From assembly GCA_038239865.1 (NCBI GenBank), contig JBBSEI010000013.1, positions 923 through 64,922 of the forward strand: a DNA stretch of 64,000 bases, written 5' to 3'. This document shows, in pieces, positions 62,526 through 64,000 of the stretch. Both the position numbers and the translations under genes were made by a program. Below the pieces are notes generated by a model. The model did not search any database, had not been told where the DNA came from, and saw only the letters and a list, made by a program, of their open reading frames with translations. Position 1 is the stretch's first letter. Each line of letters starts with the position of its first letter. This DNA is from Chthoniobacterales bacterium. Its GTDB lineage: Bacteria > Verrucomicrobiota > Verrucomicrobiia > Chthoniobacterales > Chthoniobacteraceae.

Positions 62526-64000
62526 TGTGGACGCAGCTCCCCGCTGCGGCGATGAACTGGAACTCGGCGCTGACCTATGCGGAAAATCTCAACCTCGGCG
62601 GTTACACCGACTGGCGGCTGCCGAACGTGAAGGAACTCGAGACACTGACCGACCACACGCTCGCCACCGCGACGAGCACTACCGGCATCAAGCCGAGCAT
62701 CAACCGCACGATGTTTGCGAAGACGCTGACGAGCTGCGCGACGACGAGCGGCAGCACGACGGTCACCTGCGCCGACACGACCGGCCTGCTCGTTGGAATG
62801 CCCATCGTGGATCAGTCGGACATCGCCGGTGCCTACCTCTCGAACACGACCGCGCCCACGGTCACGGTCATCACTAACTCGACCACCTTCACCATCAGCG
62901 CCGCCGCCACCGCCACCGGCTCGGGTCTCACGCTGAAAGCCCTCGTGCCGCCGACCGCGTACTGGAGTTCCAGCATCGTGAAGGCTGGGACGCTCACGCA
63001 GGCGTGGCTCGTTGAGTTTGGCATCAATAGCACCGTGCCCGCCGCGAGCGGCCCGACGCGCAACACGCAAGGCATCATCAGCTACGAAATCTTCGCCTCG
63101 ACCTATCCCGTCTTCGCCGTGCGCAGCGCTTCGGTCACGACGCAGATTGCTGTTTCTCAAGGCGGCACAGCACTCACCGATGCCGTCAGCACCGTGGCCT
63201 ATGGCAACGTCAATGTCGGCAGCACATTGTCGAAGACTTTCACGATCAGCAAAACGGGTGCCTCCGCGCTTACCATCTCCGGCGTGACCATTGATGGCAC
63301 GAACGCCGCGAACTTCACCGTGACGACAGCGCCCGCCACCACCATCGCCGGCGGCGGCAGCACGACGATGGACGTGCTGTTCAGCGCGGCCAGTTCAGGC
63401 GCGAAGGTCGCAGCGATCCACATCGCGAGCAGCGACACCTCGGTGGGTGCTGCGTTTGACATCGCACTTAGCGGCACCGGCTACGTCGCGCCGCCGACGA
63501 TCACCGCAGTTGCGAATCAAACGACGATGCGGAACAACGCGACGAGCACCCTCGCCTTCACCGTCGGCGATGCGCAGACCGCTGCGGCGAGCCTCACGCT
63601 CAGCGCCACGTCGTCGAACACCACGCTGGTGCCAGTTGCGAACATCGTCTTCGGTGGCAGCGGGGCCAGCCGCACTGTGACCGTGACGCCAGCGATCGGG
63701 CAGACGGGCACAGTCACGATCACCGTCACTGTGAGCAACGGGTCGAGCACGACGAGCATGACCTTCACGCTCACGGTGAGCCCGCCGAACATCCTGATTA
63801 TCATCGCCGACGACTACGGCCTCGATGCGAGTTCGCTCTACTCCAGTTTGCTCGGCAACAGTGGCACCGCGACTTTTCCACCGACGCCGAATATCGCGTC
63901 GCTCGCGGCGAATGGCGTGCAATTCAATCACGCTTACACTTACACGGTCTGCTCGCCCACGCGCTCTGCCATATTAACCGGACGCTATGGCTTTCGCACG
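62459..64000 (+). CDS. -1-frame continuation: second DUF1566 domain, choice-of-anchor-D/Ig-like domains, sulfatase domain (partial, runs off the window)
   Basis: Hand translation has no stops: GTSAHNYLNNLDSTITDTDTGLMWTQL...GGYTDWRLPNVKELETL...YGNVNVGSTLSKTFTISKTGASALTISGVTIDGTNAANFTVT...PPNILIIIADDYGLD...CSPTRSAILTGRYGFRT. It is absent from the ORF track because it has no stop inside the window. Confidence 0.75.

Noticed and set aside
62441-63160. 239-aa minus-strand ORF, and the neighbouring minus-strand ORFs up to 63931
   Set aside because: They are antisense to the long -1-frame plus-strand ORF, which has recognisable DUF1566, Ig-like and sulfatase motifs. They are Arg/Gly/Asp-rich.
60492-64000. 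Diversity-generating retroelement targeting the lectin-like DUF1566 domains
   Set aside because: No reverse transcriptase gene is in the window. I found no nucleotide-level template/variable repeat pair. The two DUF1566 domains are similar only at the protein level.

Overview
This is a 64-kb, high-GC chromosomal segment. By inference it comes from a PVC-superphylum bacterium, most likely Verrucomicrobiota. The basis is gene content: two PSCyt1/DUF1549/DUF1553 proteins, DUF1501 remnants, several sulfatase domains, an FG-GAP protein and a GH63-like hydrolase. Most of the window is housekeeping. It holds a phospholipid operon (CDP-alcohol phosphatidyltransferase, plsC, cdsA), bioA, ruvA, nuoA, a DegT-type aminotransferase, argB/argJ, msrB, a deoxyhypusine-synthase-like gene, yhbY, an ArfB-like factor, recJ, kdsA-lptC-lptA-lptB-hpf, trxB, tRNA-Thr(UGU), an amidase, murI and hisD. 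The accessory or unusual content is as follows. (1) An MNT-HEPN toxin-antitoxin pair is wedged, with overlapping stop and start codons, between the NuoE/F-like and catalytic subunits of an NAD-type formate dehydrogenase operon. (2) A large YHYH/DUF1566 surface protein gene continues into a -1 frame (second DUF1566, Ig-like domains, sulfatase) exactly at an in-phase A_AAA_AAG heptamer. (3) A secreted-protein gene is interrupted by a TGA that aligns with Trp in its own internal repeat. (4) A PSCyt/DUF1553-DUF1501 locus is decayed and rearranged, with a more AT-rich insertion carrying novel lipoprotein paralogs and two different DUF1501 3' remnants. (5) A vapBC cassette is bracketed by 117-bp direct repeats. 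(6) Several roughly 140-160-bp nested-hairpin palindromic elements sit in intergenic regions; two copies share a 49-bp identical core and bracket the formate dehydrogenase block. I found no CRISPR array, rRNA gene, transposase or integrase. Many long Arg/Ala-rich ORFs in the track are antisense or out-of-frame artefacts of the high GC content. The ORF track also translates GTG and TTG starts as M, so several 5' ends are uncertain.
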